In this document: piece after piece, positions 1 to 9,808 of the stretch
How positions within the stretch are numbered: position 1 is the first letter of the stretch
Layout: every line of letters begins with the position of its first letter
Assembly: GCA_041737355.1 (NCBI GenBank)
Contig: JBGSRW010000009.1
Span: 5,323-69,322 of the forward strand
Direction: 5' to 3'
DNA from: Patescibacteria group bacterium
Lineage (GTDB): Bacteria; Patescibacteriota; Patescibacteriia; XYB2-FULL-38-15
Length of the DNA: 64,000 bases
The notes under the pieces: generated by a model
Told to the model about the DNA's origin: nothing
Databases searched by the model: none
Seen by the model: only the letters and a program-made list of their open reading frames with translations
Translations under genes and position numbers: made by a program

Positions 1-166
1 TGGGCGGCGCTGGCCTTCGCCGTCCTTTCCATTACTTGGCATATCCGCGACGTTGTTGCCTGATCTGCCGGCAGGAGGATTGAAGCCTCATCCCGTATTT
101 TGTTCCAGAGACAGAGTGCGGGATTTTTTTATTTATTCTTTTGTGGTAAAATAATTAAATAAGTTT

Positions 167-634
167 ATGCTGAAAATTAAGCCATACGAGCAGACAGCGG
201 GATTGAGTTCTTGCGGGCCAGTTTCTTTGAAAATGGTATTGGAGTTTTATGGCATAAAAGAAAGCGAAAAAAAATTAGTAAAAATTTGCGGTAGTACCGC
301 GAGGCGCGGTACGGGGGCGGAAGGATTTAGAAAGGCGGCCCGCTACTTCGGTTTTAAAATTTTTATCAAAGAGTTCACCGATTTTTCCGATATTATTTTT
401 TATTTAAAGAAAAAAATCCCCGTTATTGTTGACTGGTTTTCGACTGACGAAGGGCATTATTCCGTGGCCGTCGGCCTGGATCAAAAATACATTTATCTTG
501 CTGATCCGGAGTTTGGAAAAATAAAAAAAATGCCGAAAGATGTTTTTAGGAGAGTCTGGTTTGATTTTTCAGGCCCGTATTTAAAAAGAAAAGAAGACTT
601 GATATTAAGGAGAGTAATAGTTTTTTATAAATAA
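167..634 (+). CDS. Stand-alone papain-like cysteine peptidase domain, C39 (bacteriocin-processing) family-like
   Basis: Motif Q-x7-SSCGPVSLKMVLEFYG with a downstream His (DEGHYSV) matches the C39 Cys/His arrangement; 155 aa, no ABC domains attached. Confidence 0.55.
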   Translation: MLKIKPYEQTAGLSSCGPVSLKMVLEFYGIKESEKKLVKICGSTARRGTGAEGFRKAARYFGFKIFIKEFTDFSDIIFYLKKKIPVIVDWFSTDEGHYSVAVGLDQKYIYLADPEFGKIKKMPKDVFRRVWFDFSGPYLKRKEDLILRRVIVFYK

Positions 635-666
635 AGGGCTTTGCCCTGTAATAATTTAATAAATTT

Positions 667-978
667 ATGGGAAAAAAAGAATTTTTCAAAGGCGCACTGC
701 TTGGAGCCCTGATTGGGACGGTAGCCGCGCTTTTGACAACCACGAAGACGGGCAAGGAACGCCGCGCTGAATTGAAAAAGATGTCAGACGGCTTGTTTGC
801 GAAGTTGCTTAAAGAAGTAGAAAAAATGAAAGTGATGAGTAAGGAAAAATATGAGGATATGGTTGAAAAAGTCGTTTCCGAGTACGGTAAGAAAAGAAAA
901 ATGGCCGAAAAACAGGTTAAAGAAGTGATGGAAGAACTAAAAGGAAAGTGGACGGATATTCAGAAACACATGAAATAA
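667..978 (+). CDS. YtxH-like small membrane-anchored protein
   Basis: N-terminal TM (GALLGALIGTVAALL) followed by a charged coiled-coil tail; typical YtxH/DUF948 architecture. Confidence 0.5.
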   Translation: MGKKEFFKGALLGALIGTVAALLTTTKTGKERRAELKKMSDGLFAKLLKEVEKMKVMSKEKYEDMVEKVVSEYGKKRKMAEKQVKEVMEELKGKWTDIQKHMK

Positions 979-994
979 TTGGCGTAAATTCCAC

Positions 995-1035
995 AAACCC
1001 CGCCAAAATTTCCGGCGGGGTTTGTATTTTTTTTG
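995..1035 (+). terminator. Intrinsic terminator
   Basis: aaaccccgcc...ggcggggttt hairpin followed by a T-run. Confidence 0.7.
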
Positions 1036-1102
1036 TTTTTGTGATAATTTATTCTGTGCGGACGAGGAATCCGTTTTTTTAGATAAAAAGGAGAGTGTGG
1101 GA

Positions 1103-1711
1103 GTGTCGGGGAAAAATATCCTGAAGGGGCAAGACAGCAGGATCGAACGGGAGCTTGCTGCGGCAATCGTCGCGGGCAAGGCGCCTCAGTTCGAAATCCA
1201 GAGCCGCGATTTTCACAACACCGAATGGTCAATGGGCCAAGCGGGCAGCGGAAGAGGCGAAAGCCGCCTGCAAATGACGGTTTCCCTTTTGCTCGACGGC
1301 CAACCCATCATCCATTCGAGAGAACAGGCCGTGAGGTTCGAGAAGAAAGGCATCGCCTACGAAGGACGGATGGGGTCGGTCGACATCATGGAAACCGTCC
1401 TGCGCGAAGCGATCGTCCAGCGTTGGCCGGAAATCGGTCCGGAACTGGCGAAAATAAAGACAACCAGCTATGCCGTTCATGCTCTCGGCGCAGCTGACGG
1501 CGACAGCCGTGATGAGCACCACGTTCAGGTTCATCTGAGGGTTGTCTTCGAGGGTTGCTCGGAACCGTGCTCGATAAGCCGAGAGGGGGTTGATTCAGTG
1601 GGCGTTACCTTTTCCGCCTTGGTAACCGTTTACCACTGGTTCGTCTGGCGGACTCTCAGGCGTCTGCGCGGCGAGGCGCGGAGAAACAAGGCGCCAAGGC
1701 GCATTGAATAA
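1103..1711 (+). CDS. G+C-rich hypothetical protein (island I1), about 202 aa from GTG
   Basis: Long ORF in a sharply G+C-rich segment; AAGGAGA RBS 8 nt before GTG at 1103; leader carries a small hairpin plus T-run (1059-1080); no recognisable domain. Confidence 0.45.
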   Translation: MSGKNILKGQDSRIERELAAAIVAGKAPQFEIQSRDFHNTEWSMGQAGSGRGESRLQMTVSLLLDGQPIIHSREQAVRFEKKGIAYEGRMGSVDIMETVLREAIVQRWPEIGPELAKIKTTSYAVHALGAADGDSRDEHHVQVHLRVVFEGCSEPCSISREGVDSVGVTFSALVTVYHWFVWRTLRRLRGEARRNKAPRRIE

Positions 1712-1724
1712 CGTCTGTCCACAC

Positions 1725-1758
1725 CGGCTTTAGTCTTCCGACTAGCCGGTTTTATTTT
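1725..1758 (+). terminator. Intrinsic terminator
   Basis: ccggctttagtcttccgactagccgg hairpin followed by ttttatttt. Confidence 0.65.
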
Positions 1759-1882
1759 AGATTGACAAAGCAGTCTAAAAGAGTTATGCTCTAAACAGAA
1801 TTTCGAGCCCAATTATGGCTAAAATTAGGCTTATTTTTAAGATTTCTGAATATAATCTCTTCGGCAGATTTTTATTTTTTTT

Positions 1883-3400
1883 ATGAAGATTTCGGATCGG
1901 GCAAAATACAGAATTTTGGAAATAATTCCCGGCGCTCTCGTCTGGACGACTTTTATTTTGGCGATAGTTTTATCTTTTTTGAAACCGATGTGGGTGATGT
2001 ATTTTGTTATAGTTTTTTGTGTTTACTGGCTTTTCAGGGTTTTCTATTTTGTTTTTTATATGGCAATATCCTGGAGACGTTTTCGGGCCGATATAAAAGT
2101 AAATTGGATGGAAAAATTAAAGGAGCTGGACGGTTGGGACAGTTATTATCATCTTGTCGTTCTTCCGACTTCCAAAGAGCCGATTGAAGTTTTACGTTCG
2201 ACCTTTTCAAGCTTGGTTGCCTCCAATTATCCGTCGGAAAAGATGATGGTAATTTTATCCGGCGAAGAAAGGTTAAAAGAAAATTTTTTGAAAAATAAGG
2301 AAATTATTGAAAAAGAATTCGGCGGAAAATTTTTTAAATTGCTCACGACCATGCATCCAGATAATCTTTTTGGAGAAATCAAGGGCAAGGGCGCCAACGC
2401 CTACTGGGCGGGACTCCGCGCCAAGGAGATGATTGACGAACTTCATATTCCTTACGAAAAAATTATCGTTTCTTATTTTGACAGCGATACCTGCGTTCAT
2501 CCGGAGTATTTTTCATGCCTGGCATACAAATACATAACCAATCCAAAGCGAGAAAGAGCCGCCTTTCAGCCGGTCGCTCTTTACAACAACAATATCTGGG
2601 ATTCGATGGCTATCATGCGGGTAGCGGCTTTCGGCACGACTTTTTGGCTCCTGACCGAACTTGCCAAGCCGGACCGGCTTTTCACCTTTTCTTCCCATAG
2701 TATCGCCTTTAAGGCGCTGGTTGACGTGGATTTTTGGCAAAAAGATATTGTGACGGACGATTCGAGAATTTTTTTACAATGCTTCATCCGCTACGGGGGG
2801 GATTTCGAAGTGGTGCCAATGTATATACCCGTGTCCATGGACACGGTCATGGCCAACACTGCCTGGCGAAGTCTCGTAAATCTTTATAAACAGCAGCGCC
2901 GCTGGGCCTGGGGAGTGGAACATTTTCCATACATGGTCTGGCATTTTAAAAAAAGAACATTAAAAACGAATAGCGGAGAAATAAGTGTTCCCAAAATTCC
3001 TTTCTGGAAAAGAATAAAATATCTGTGGAATCTCGGAGAAGGAATGTATTCCTGGGCTACCGCCCCGATTTTGATGTTTATTCTGAGCAAGTTGCCGCTC
3101 TGGGTTGGGAAGGGCAAAATCGGGACAACGGCTTTCTTTCAGATGACACCGCTTGTTCTCCATTGGCTCCTTACCGCGGCCATGATCGGAATGTTTGTTT
3201 CGGCAATTCTCTTTTTGTTTCTTTTGCCGCCAAGACCGAAAACGCAGCATCCTTTTAAATTTATTATTATGCTTTTGCAGTGGGCTCTTCTGCCGGTTTC
3301 CCTTATTTTGTTCGGTTCAATTCCGGCTATCGAAGCGCAAACCAGGCTGATGCTCGGCAAATATTTGGGATTTTGGGTCACGGAAAAGGCCAGAAAATAA
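1883..3400 (+). CDS. Processive family-2 glycosyltransferase (cellulose/chitin synthase-like) with membrane domains
   Basis: N- and C-terminal TM segments; DSD motif; QQRRW (QxxRW) motif. Confidence 0.7.
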   Translation: MKISDRAKYRILEIIPGALVWTTFILAIVLSFLKPMWVMYFVIVFCVYWLFRVFYFVFYMAISWRRFRADIKVNWMEKLKELDGWDSYYHLVVLPTSKEPIEVLRSTFSSLVASNYPSEKMMVILSGEERLKENFLKNKEIIEKEFGGKFFKLLTTMHPDNLFGEIKGKGANAYWAGLRAKEMIDELHIPYEKIIVSYFDSDTCVHPEYFSCLAYKYITNPKRERAAFQPVALYNNNIWDSMAIMRVAAFGTTFWLLTELAKPDRLFTFSSHSIAFKALVDVDFWQKDIVTDDSRIFLQCFIRYGGDFEVVPMYIPVSMDTVMANTAWRSLVNLYKQQRRWAWGVEHFPYMVWHFKKRTLKTNSGEISVPKIPFWKRIKYLWNLGEGMYSWATAPILMFILSKLPLWVGKGKIGTTAFFQMTPLVLHWLLTAAMIGMFVSAILFLFLLPPRPKTQHPFKFIIMLLQWALLPVSLILFGSIPAIEAQTRLMLGKYLGFWVTEKARK

Positions 3401-3431
3401 AAGTTTTTAATTTATATTTTTTTTAATTTCG

Positions 3432-4430
3432 ATGAAAGTCTCGGTTAACCTTGTCACATGGAACGGCAAGAAGTATTTGCCCTTTTGCTTGGATTCATTA
3501 GCCAAACAGACGTTTAGGGATTTTTCTCTCTTTATTTTGGATAACGGTTCGACTGACGGAACGGCAGAGTATCTTAAGAGTTTCCGGTTCCCGGCCATTG
3601 ATTTAAAACTGGCGTTTAATGAAAAAAATATCGGGTTTGCTGCCGGGCACAACCAGGTGTTTCGTTCAACCAAAAGCGATTATGTGCTACTGCTCAACCA
3701 AGACGTGATCCTGGAACCGAATTTTTTGGAGGCTGCAGTGAATTTTATGGATAAAAATCTCGAGATCGGGGCGGTAACGGGGAAATTGTTGCGCTGGGAT
3801 TTCTGTAATAATAAAAAAACTGATATGCTTGATTCGGCGGGCCTCAAAATTTGGAAAAATCATCGGCTTGCCGAACTCGGTGCCGGAGAGAAAGACGGAG
3901 AAAAATGGAACAAACCTTTTGAAGTTTTCGGTGTTTCCGGAGCCGCGGCGGTTTATCGCCGGAGTTCCCTCGAATCGGTCACGGTTTTAGGAGAATACTT
4001 TGATCCCGATTTTTTCAGCTACAAAGAAGATATCGACTTGGCTTACCGTTTGCGGCTTTTCGGGTGGAAGGCATGGTTTCTGCCTGAAGCGAGAGGTTAT
4101 CATGACCGTACGGCGAGAAGCGATGGAGGAAGCGACGCCCAAGCGGTTCGGCGGAGAAAAAATAAATCGTCTTTTGTAAATTATCATTCGTACAAAAACC
4201 ACCTGTTTCTTCTCCTTAAAAACGTTCCAGCCGGGATTTTTTGGCGTTACGGCTGCAGGATTAAATGGTACGAATTCAGAAAATTTATTTACCTTTTATT
4301 TTTTGAAACCAGGACACTTGGAGGCCTGGGGGAATTTTTTGGGAAGTTGGGTAAAATGCTTGTCAAAAGGAAATGGATTATGTCCAATAAAAAAGTAAAT
4401 ACCGGAGAAATTAAAAAATGGCTTGTTTAG
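3432..4430 (+). CDS. Family-2 glycosyltransferase
   Basis: N-terminal GT-A signature (VTWNGKKYL...LDNGSTDGT); DxD-type region. Confidence 0.7.
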   Translation: MKVSVNLVTWNGKKYLPFCLDSLAKQTFRDFSLFILDNGSTDGTAEYLKSFRFPAIDLKLAFNEKNIGFAAGHNQVFRSTKSDYVLLLNQDVILEPNFLEAAVNFMDKNLEIGAVTGKLLRWDFCNNKKTDMLDSAGLKIWKNHRLAELGAGEKDGEKWNKPFEVFGVSGAAAVYRRSSLESVTVLGEYFDPDFFSYKEDIDLAYRLRLFGWKAWFLPEARGYHDRTARSDGGSDAQAVRRRKNKSSFVNYHSYKNHLFLLLKNVPAGIFWRYGCRIKWYEFRKFIYLLFFETRTLGGLGEFFGKLGKMLVKRKWIMSNKKVNTGEIKKWLV

Positions 4431-4439
4431 ATTAATAAT

Positions 4440-5240
4440 ATGGATTTGTCGATAATTATTTTAAACTACAGGGCGCGCGGACTTCTCAAGGAATGCCTTA
4501 AGGGAATAAAAATGGCGCAGCCGAAGATTAATTTTGAAATTATTGTCGTGGATAATGCCTCTGGCGACGGAACGCCGGCCATGATGGAGGAGGGTTTTCC
4601 CGACATCCGTTTTATAGCTTCAGATAAAAATATCGGATACGCCAGGGGAAATAATCTTGGTATCAAGGAGGCGAAGGGCCGTTATGTTATGATTATGAAT
4701 CCGGATATAGTTGTATTCGAGGGGGTTTTTGAAAAATTAGTTGAATTTATGGACGGCCGGCCGGATGTCGGAATTATCGGACCGAAGCTTTTGAATCCGG
4801 ATAAATCTTTGCAGTATTCCTGCTATCGTTTTCCGGATTTTTGGGAGCCGGTTTACCGCCGGACACCGATCGGGAAATTCGGTTTTGCAAAAAAGAAACT
4901 GGATCTTTACTTCATGAAGGATTTTGATCACGCTTCGGTCAGGGAAGTCGATTGGCTTTTGGGTGGATGTTTCCTAATCCGCCGCAAGGCACTGGATGAA
5001 GTCGGGTTGCTCGACGAGAGATATTTTGCTTATTTTGACGATGTTGATTTATGCCGGAGTATGTGGGAGAAAAAATGGAAAGTGGTTTATTATCCTCTCG
5101 TTTCGGTTATTCATTTTCATCGGCGCGAATCGGCCGAGGGAAAATGGTGGAGCGGAATTTTTAAAAAAGTGACAAGAATACACCTCATGAGCTGGCTTAA
5201 ATATTTCGGAAAATGGAGAAAGAGTGAAAAAAATATTTAA
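4440..5240 (+). CDS. Family-2 glycosyltransferase
   Basis: IIILNYR...VDNASGDGT GT-A N-terminus; DDVD motif. Confidence 0.7.
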   Translation: MDLSIIILNYRARGLLKECLKGIKMAQPKINFEIIVVDNASGDGTPAMMEEGFPDIRFIASDKNIGYARGNNLGIKEAKGRYVMIMNPDIVVFEGVFEKLVEFMDGRPDVGIIGPKLLNPDKSLQYSCYRFPDFWEPVYRRTPIGKFGFAKKKLDLYFMKDFDHASVREVDWLLGGCFLIRRKALDEVGLLDERYFAYFDDVDLCRSMWEKKWKVVYYPLVSVIHFHRRESAEGKWWSGIFKKVTRIHLMSWLKYFGKWRKSEKNI

Positions 5241-5263
5241 AATAAATCAGTAGTTTTTTATTT

Positions 5264-7261
5264 ATGAAATTCAGGGGGACAAATTTTTTGGATATTCTTC
5301 ATCCCGAAAGGGCCAAAAAAAGAAGAGTTTTTCTTTTCGTCAGGATTATTTTATATGTTTTTGCTTCGGTCGTGGCGGCAAGTTTGATTTTTTCCGCAAT
5401 TTATTTTTGGACTGTCCGGGACGCTTATAATCTGGCCGATTCGGGAAAGCGCAATCTGGAATTGGCGGTCAGCCGGGCGGAAGCTTTGGATTTTGGCAAT
5501 GCAAACTTTTATTTGTCCGAGGCAAAAAATAATTTTGAAGAGGCCCGGGCCAAGTTTTCCAATCTTAGATTCCTGAAAATTTTTCCCTGGGTTGGCGACC
5601 AATATGGAGCAATAGAAAATTTGATAGAAACCGGCGTTGAAACGTCGTCGGCTTTGCAAGATGTGGTCGGGGTAGTTGGAGACATAGTTAATATCGCCGG
5701 TGAAGCGGAGACGACGCTTGGGGGAGTTCCCGGCATAAATAAAGAAACCAGTTTCGCGGAACTTTCCCCCGAAAAGAAGAGGGAAATCCTTCAAAAATTA
5801 TTTGATTCGGCTCCTCGCCTTGCTTCAGCTGAAATAAAAATAGATCAAGCCCTCGCCTCGCTCAATGAGGTTAAAGAAGGAAGGGTAATCGGCCAAATTT
5901 TTCAAGTCGTGGCTAAAGTGAGGGAAACTCTCCTGAAACTGAAGAACGCGGTTCAAAAAGCCATTCCGGCCGCGGAAATTTTGCCGCAACTCGCCGGCTA
6001 CCCCGAGGGTAAAACCTATCTTTTTCTTCTCCAAAACAGCGACGAAATCAGGCCAACCGGCGGATTTATTGGGACTTACGGAATTGTTAAAGCCAAAGAC
6101 GGAGAAATAAAGACATTTGAAACCGATAACATCTACGCTCTGGACGGCCCGGCGTCTAATTTTTTGAAGATAGACCCCCCGGCTCCGATAAAAAAATATC
6201 TGAAAGTCGGGTCGTGGTTTATGCGCGACTCCAATTGGTCTCCGGATTTTCCGACTTCGGCGGCCAAGGCGGAATGGTTTTACGAAGCCGAGCGCGGAGA
6301 GGAAAAGAAGATTGACGCGGTGGTAGCCGTAACGCCGGCCCTGATTGAAAATATTTTGAGACAAATCGGCAACATAGAAATGGACGGAGCGACTTTTACT
6401 CCAGAAAATCTGATGGATGTTCTCCAATACAAGGTGGAAAAAGAATATTACGAAAAGGGGATTCCTGAATGGCAGCGTAAGGATATAGTCGGAAAATTGG
6501 GAGATAAAATTTTTGAACGATTAGCCAATTTACCGTCGTCGAGATGGTCTGATTTGATAAATGTTGTCAGCGAGGCCCTTGTTCAAAAACACCTTCTTTT
6601 ATGGGGAAAATCCGCGGGGCTGCAGTCGATTATCGCGCGTGAAGGGTGGGATGGAGCGGTCCGCAACACCGACGGAGATTATCTTATAGTCGTGGACGCA
6701 AACCTTGCCAGTTTAAAAACGGACAGCGTAATGGATAAAAAAATATTTTATTCTTTTACAGCCGGGGAGAACGGTGAGGTCCGGGCAAAAGCGGAGATAG
6801 TTTATAAAAACAAAGGCACGTTTACGTGGAAAACTACCCGTTACAGAACTTACACAAGAATATATGTTCCGGCCGGAAGCGTTTTAGTGAAAGGAGCGGG
6901 CATGATGGAAAACGATAAAGTTTCCGATCCGTCGCGCCGGGCAGGCAAAGTTGATGTCGGCGAAGAGCTGGGGAAAACATATTTTGGCGCCTTTATCTCC
7001 ATTGAGCCCGGCGAGGAGAGAACCCTTAGTTTTGAATATGTTTTGCCGGAAAAAATAAAAAATCAGATCCAGGGAGGTTCGTATAAATTGTTTTTCCAAA
7101 AGCAATCGGGCACGACCGGTCACCCCTTGACTTTAAACCTTGATTTTGGTAAAAAGATTAAGCAAGCCGCGCCCGCCGAAGAGTCTAAAGATTGGGGCGA
7201 CGTGGTCTATAAATTACAGACCGACCTAAGAACGGACAAGGAAATAGAAATTAGATTTTAG
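5264..7261 (+). CDS. Large membrane-anchored extracytoplasmic hypothetical protein
   Basis: Single N-terminal TM then a roughly 600-aa soluble region; no confident family call (possibly DUF4012-like). Confidence 0.4.
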   Translation: MKFRGTNFLDILHPERAKKRRVFLFVRIILYVFASVVAASLIFSAIYFWTVRDAYNLADSGKRNLELAVSRAEALDFGNANFYLSEAKNNFEEARAKFSNLRFLKIFPWVGDQYGAIENLIETGVETSSALQDVVGVVGDIVNIAGEAETTLGGVPGINKETSFAELSPEKKREILQKLFDSAPRLASAEIKIDQALASLNEVKEGRVIGQIFQVVAKVRETLLKLKNAVQKAIPAAEILPQLAGYPEGKTYLFLLQNSDEIRPTGGFIGTYGIVKAKDGEIKTFETDNIYALDGPASNFLKIDPPAPIKKYLKVGSWFMRDSNWSPDFPTSAAKAEWFYEAERGEEKKIDAVVAVTPALIENILRQIGNIEMDGATFTPENLMDVLQYKVEKEYYEKGIPEWQRKDIVGKLGDKIFERLANLPSSRWSDLINVVSEALVQKHLLLWGKSAGLQSIIAREGWDGAVRNTDGDYLIVVDANLASLKTDSVMDKKIFYSFTAGENGEVRAKAEIVYKNKGTFTWKTTRYRTYTRIYVPAGSVLVKGAGMMENDKVSDPSRRAGKVDVGEELGKTYFGAFISIEPGEERTLSFEYVLPEKIKNQIQGGSYKLFFQKQSGTTGHPLTLNLDFGKKIKQAAPAEESKDWGDVVYKLQTDLRTDKEIEIRF

Positions 7262-7272
7262 CCAAATAACAT

Positions 7273-8280
7273 ATGTTAAGAAAAAAGATCGGGATCGATC
7301 TTGGCACAACCAACGTCCTAGTGCACGTTCCCAAAAGGGGAATTATTATTAACGAACCTTCAGTGGTTGCGCTTTCTGTTTCCGACCGAAAAATTTTAGC
7401 GGTCGGACATGAGGCGAAGGAAATGCTCGGAAGAACACCAGAAACCATCGTTGCCCGCCGTCCGTTGAAGGACGGAGTAATTGCCGATTACAAGACAACC
7501 GAGACGATGCTCCGCTATTTTATTAACAAAGCTTTGGGGGGCGTCCGGCTTTTTCGTCCGGAAGTAATGGTTGCCGTTCCGGCTGGAATTACTTCAACTG
7601 AAAAAAGAGCCGTAATCGACGCGACGATTGCTGCCGGAGCCAAGGCGGCTTACGTAATTAAAGAACCGGTTGTCGCGGCAATTGGTGCGAATATTCCGAT
7701 TGGCAGCGCTTCCGGTCATATGATTATTGATATCGGCGGGGGAACCTCAGAAATGGCGGTTATTTCTTTGGGCGGGATCGTTTCTTCCGCTTCGGTGAGA
7801 ATCGGCGGGAACAAACTTGATACTGCAATTGCTGAATTTATCCGCCGGAAATACGGTCTGGCAATCGGTGAGCGGACCGCCGAACAAATCAAAATAGAAA
7901 TCGGTTCGGCAATGTATATGGAAGAAAAATTGAAAATGGAGGTTCGGGGACGCGACATGATCAGCGGACTTCCGCGGACAATTCTTGTTACCTCCGACGA
8001 CGTGACCGAGGCGGTAACGAACGAACTTGAGGGAATGATAGCCGCGGTCAAGGAAGTTTTATACAATACTCCGCCCGAACTTTCCGCGGACGTTATTGAT
8101 AAAGGAATAGTTCTTTCCGGCGGTACGGCCCTGCTCCGTAACCTCGATCAGCTGATTGTTCAGGCAACAGGCATTCCGACTTACGTGGCGAATGAGCCGC
8201 TTCTTTGCGTAGCCAAAGGCACGGGTATCGCGCTTGAAAATTTGGAATCTTACAAAAGAAGCATTTTGGCGACAAAATAA
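7273..8280 (+). CDS. mreB: Rod shape-determining actin homologue MreB
   Basis: IGIDLGTTN phosphate-1 motif, DIGGGTSE, full-length actin-fold similarity. Confidence 0.9.
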   Translation: MLRKKIGIDLGTTNVLVHVPKRGIIINEPSVVALSVSDRKILAVGHEAKEMLGRTPETIVARRPLKDGVIADYKTTETMLRYFINKALGGVRLFRPEVMVAVPAGITSTEKRAVIDATIAAGAKAAYVIKEPVVAAIGANIPIGSASGHMIIDIGGGTSEMAVISLGGIVSSASVRIGGNKLDTAIAEFIRRKYGLAIGERTAEQIKIEIGSAMYMEEKLKMEVRGRDMISGLPRTILVTSDDVTEAVTNELEGMIAAVKEVLYNTPPELSADVIDKGIVLSGGTALLRNLDQLIVQATGIPTYVANEPLLCVAKGTGIALENLESYKRSILATK

Positions 8281-8295
8281 GCTAAACAATTTATT

Positions 8296-9429
8296 ATGCT
8301 TATCGGTATTGACGCCTCACGCGCCAATAAATCGGAGAAGACGGGAACCGAATGGTATTCCTACCATTTGATTCAAGAATTAAAAAAAATTGCTGATCTA
8401 AAAGATCGGTTTATTTTATATTCGAGGGAAAAATTGCGGGGGGATCTCGGGAAACTTTCGGAAAATTGGCAGAGCAAAATTCTTTCCTGGCGGCCAAAGA
8501 AATTTTGGACGCAAATAAGATTATCCTGGGAAATGCGCCGCCGGCCGCCGGAAGTTCTTTTTGTCCCGGCACATACTCTTCCCTTTATTCATCCCCAAAA
8601 AACGGTTACAACCTGCCACGACGTAGCTTTTTTGCGTTTGCCACAAGTTTATGACTGGCCAGCCTTGAAATATCATGAATTAGCCTTAAAATTCGCCCTG
8701 CGCCACGCGACTAAAATCATTACCGTTTCGGAATTTACGAAGAGCGAAATTTTGGAATTTTTTAAAATTTCTCCCGAGCGGATCGCAGTCGTGCCGAACG
8801 GTTATGACAGCAGCCGGTATAAAATAATTGACGATAAAGAGGCAATAAAAAAAGTTTTGGAAAAATGCAAAATCAGCCAGCCGTATATTTTATATGTCGG
8901 CCGCTTGGAACTGAAAAAGAATACGCCGGGTTTGTTGGAGGCGTTTAAAATTTTAAAGAAAAATTTAAAGTCCTCGGCTGAAAATTCTCAATTAAAATTG
9001 GTACTGGCCGGCCAGCCGGGATTTGGTTTTGAAAAAGTTGCCAAAGCAATTGTGGACAATGATTTGCACGATCAAATCATTATGCCGGGCTGGGTGGAAC
9101 CGGATGATTTGCCGTATTTGATGAACGGTGCGAACGCTTTCGTCTTTCCATCTTTCTACGAAGGGTTTGGCATTCCGATTTTGGAAGCTATGGCTTCGGG
9201 CACGCCGGTTGTTTGCTCAGGTATTCCGGCGCTCCGCGAGGTAGCAGGGGAGGCGGCCTATTTTGTCGATCCCTACGAACCGAAAAATATTGCCGAAGGC
9301 ATAGAGCGGGTTCTTGGGGATGAACATCTCCGAGAAGATTTGAGAATCCGTGGGTTGGCCAAAGCGCAGGATTTCAGTTGGGATAGATGCGCCAGAGAGA
9401 CGTGGAAAGTATTGGAAAATTTGAGATAG
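8296..9429 (+). CDS. GT-B fold family-4 (group 1) glycosyltransferase
   Basis: C-terminal EGFGIPILEAMASGTPVV motif typical of the GT4 family. Confidence 0.75.
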   Translation: MLIGIDASRANKSEKTGTEWYSYHLIQELKKIADLKDRFILYSREKLRGDLGKLSENWQSKILSWRPKKFWTQIRLSWEMRRRPPEVLFVPAHTLPFIHPQKTVTTCHDVAFLRLPQVYDWPALKYHELALKFALRHATKIITVSEFTKSEILEFFKISPERIAVVPNGYDSSRYKIIDDKEAIKKVLEKCKISQPYILYVGRLELKKNTPGLLEAFKILKKNLKSSAENSQLKLVLAGQPGFGFEKVAKAIVDNDLHDQIIMPGWVEPDDLPYLMNGANAFVFPSFYEGFGIPILEAMASGTPVVCSGIPALREVAGEAAYFVDPYEPKNIAEGIERVLGDEHLREDLRIRGLAKAQDFSWDRCARETWKVLENLR

Positions 9430-9498
9430 AAAAATCGAAGTAAAAGGTAATTTTTTTATTATCTCGCTTAGCGGGATTTTTATTTTTAGAAATAAAAA

Positions 9499-9550
9499 AG
9501 AAGGCCCGTCCGCAAGTAGGATTTAGAGTCCTATTCGCAGGCAGGCCTTT
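9499..9550 (-). terminator. Intrinsic terminator for minus-strand island I2
   Basis: Imperfect 20+ bp hairpin (aaggcc...ggcctt) followed on the minus strand by cttttttatttc. Confidence 0.55.
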
Positions 9551-9601
9551 GGGGAAAAAGAACGGGTGGGTTACGAACCGGTGGGCCCGATTGGCGGGAA
9601 A

Positions 9602-9808
9602 CTACGATGAGAGGTCGTCGGCCGGGTCCTCGAGCTGCCCGCCCGTGGCGAGCAGCCGGACGTGGTCGGCGAAGGTGTCCAGGTCGGCCGCGCGATCGCG
9701 GTCCGGACCGGAACGCCAGACGCCGTCATCCTGGACCATGTCGGCCGGGTCGGCGCCTTCGACCAGCGCTTCGTAGCGCCGGTCCATCTCACTCAGCACG
9801 TTTCTCAC
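9602..9808 (-). CDS. G+C-rich small acidic hypothetical protein (island I2), about 68 aa from GTG
   Basis: GGAGGTG RBS 5 nt before GTG; D/E-rich product VRNVLSEMDRRYEALVEGADPADM...; the ORF track gives a longer 101-aa version from an upstream GTG. Confidence 0.4.
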   Translation of the reverse strand: MRNVLSEMDRRYEALVEGADPADMVQDDGVWRSGPDRDRAADLDTFADHVRLLATGGQLEDPADDLSS

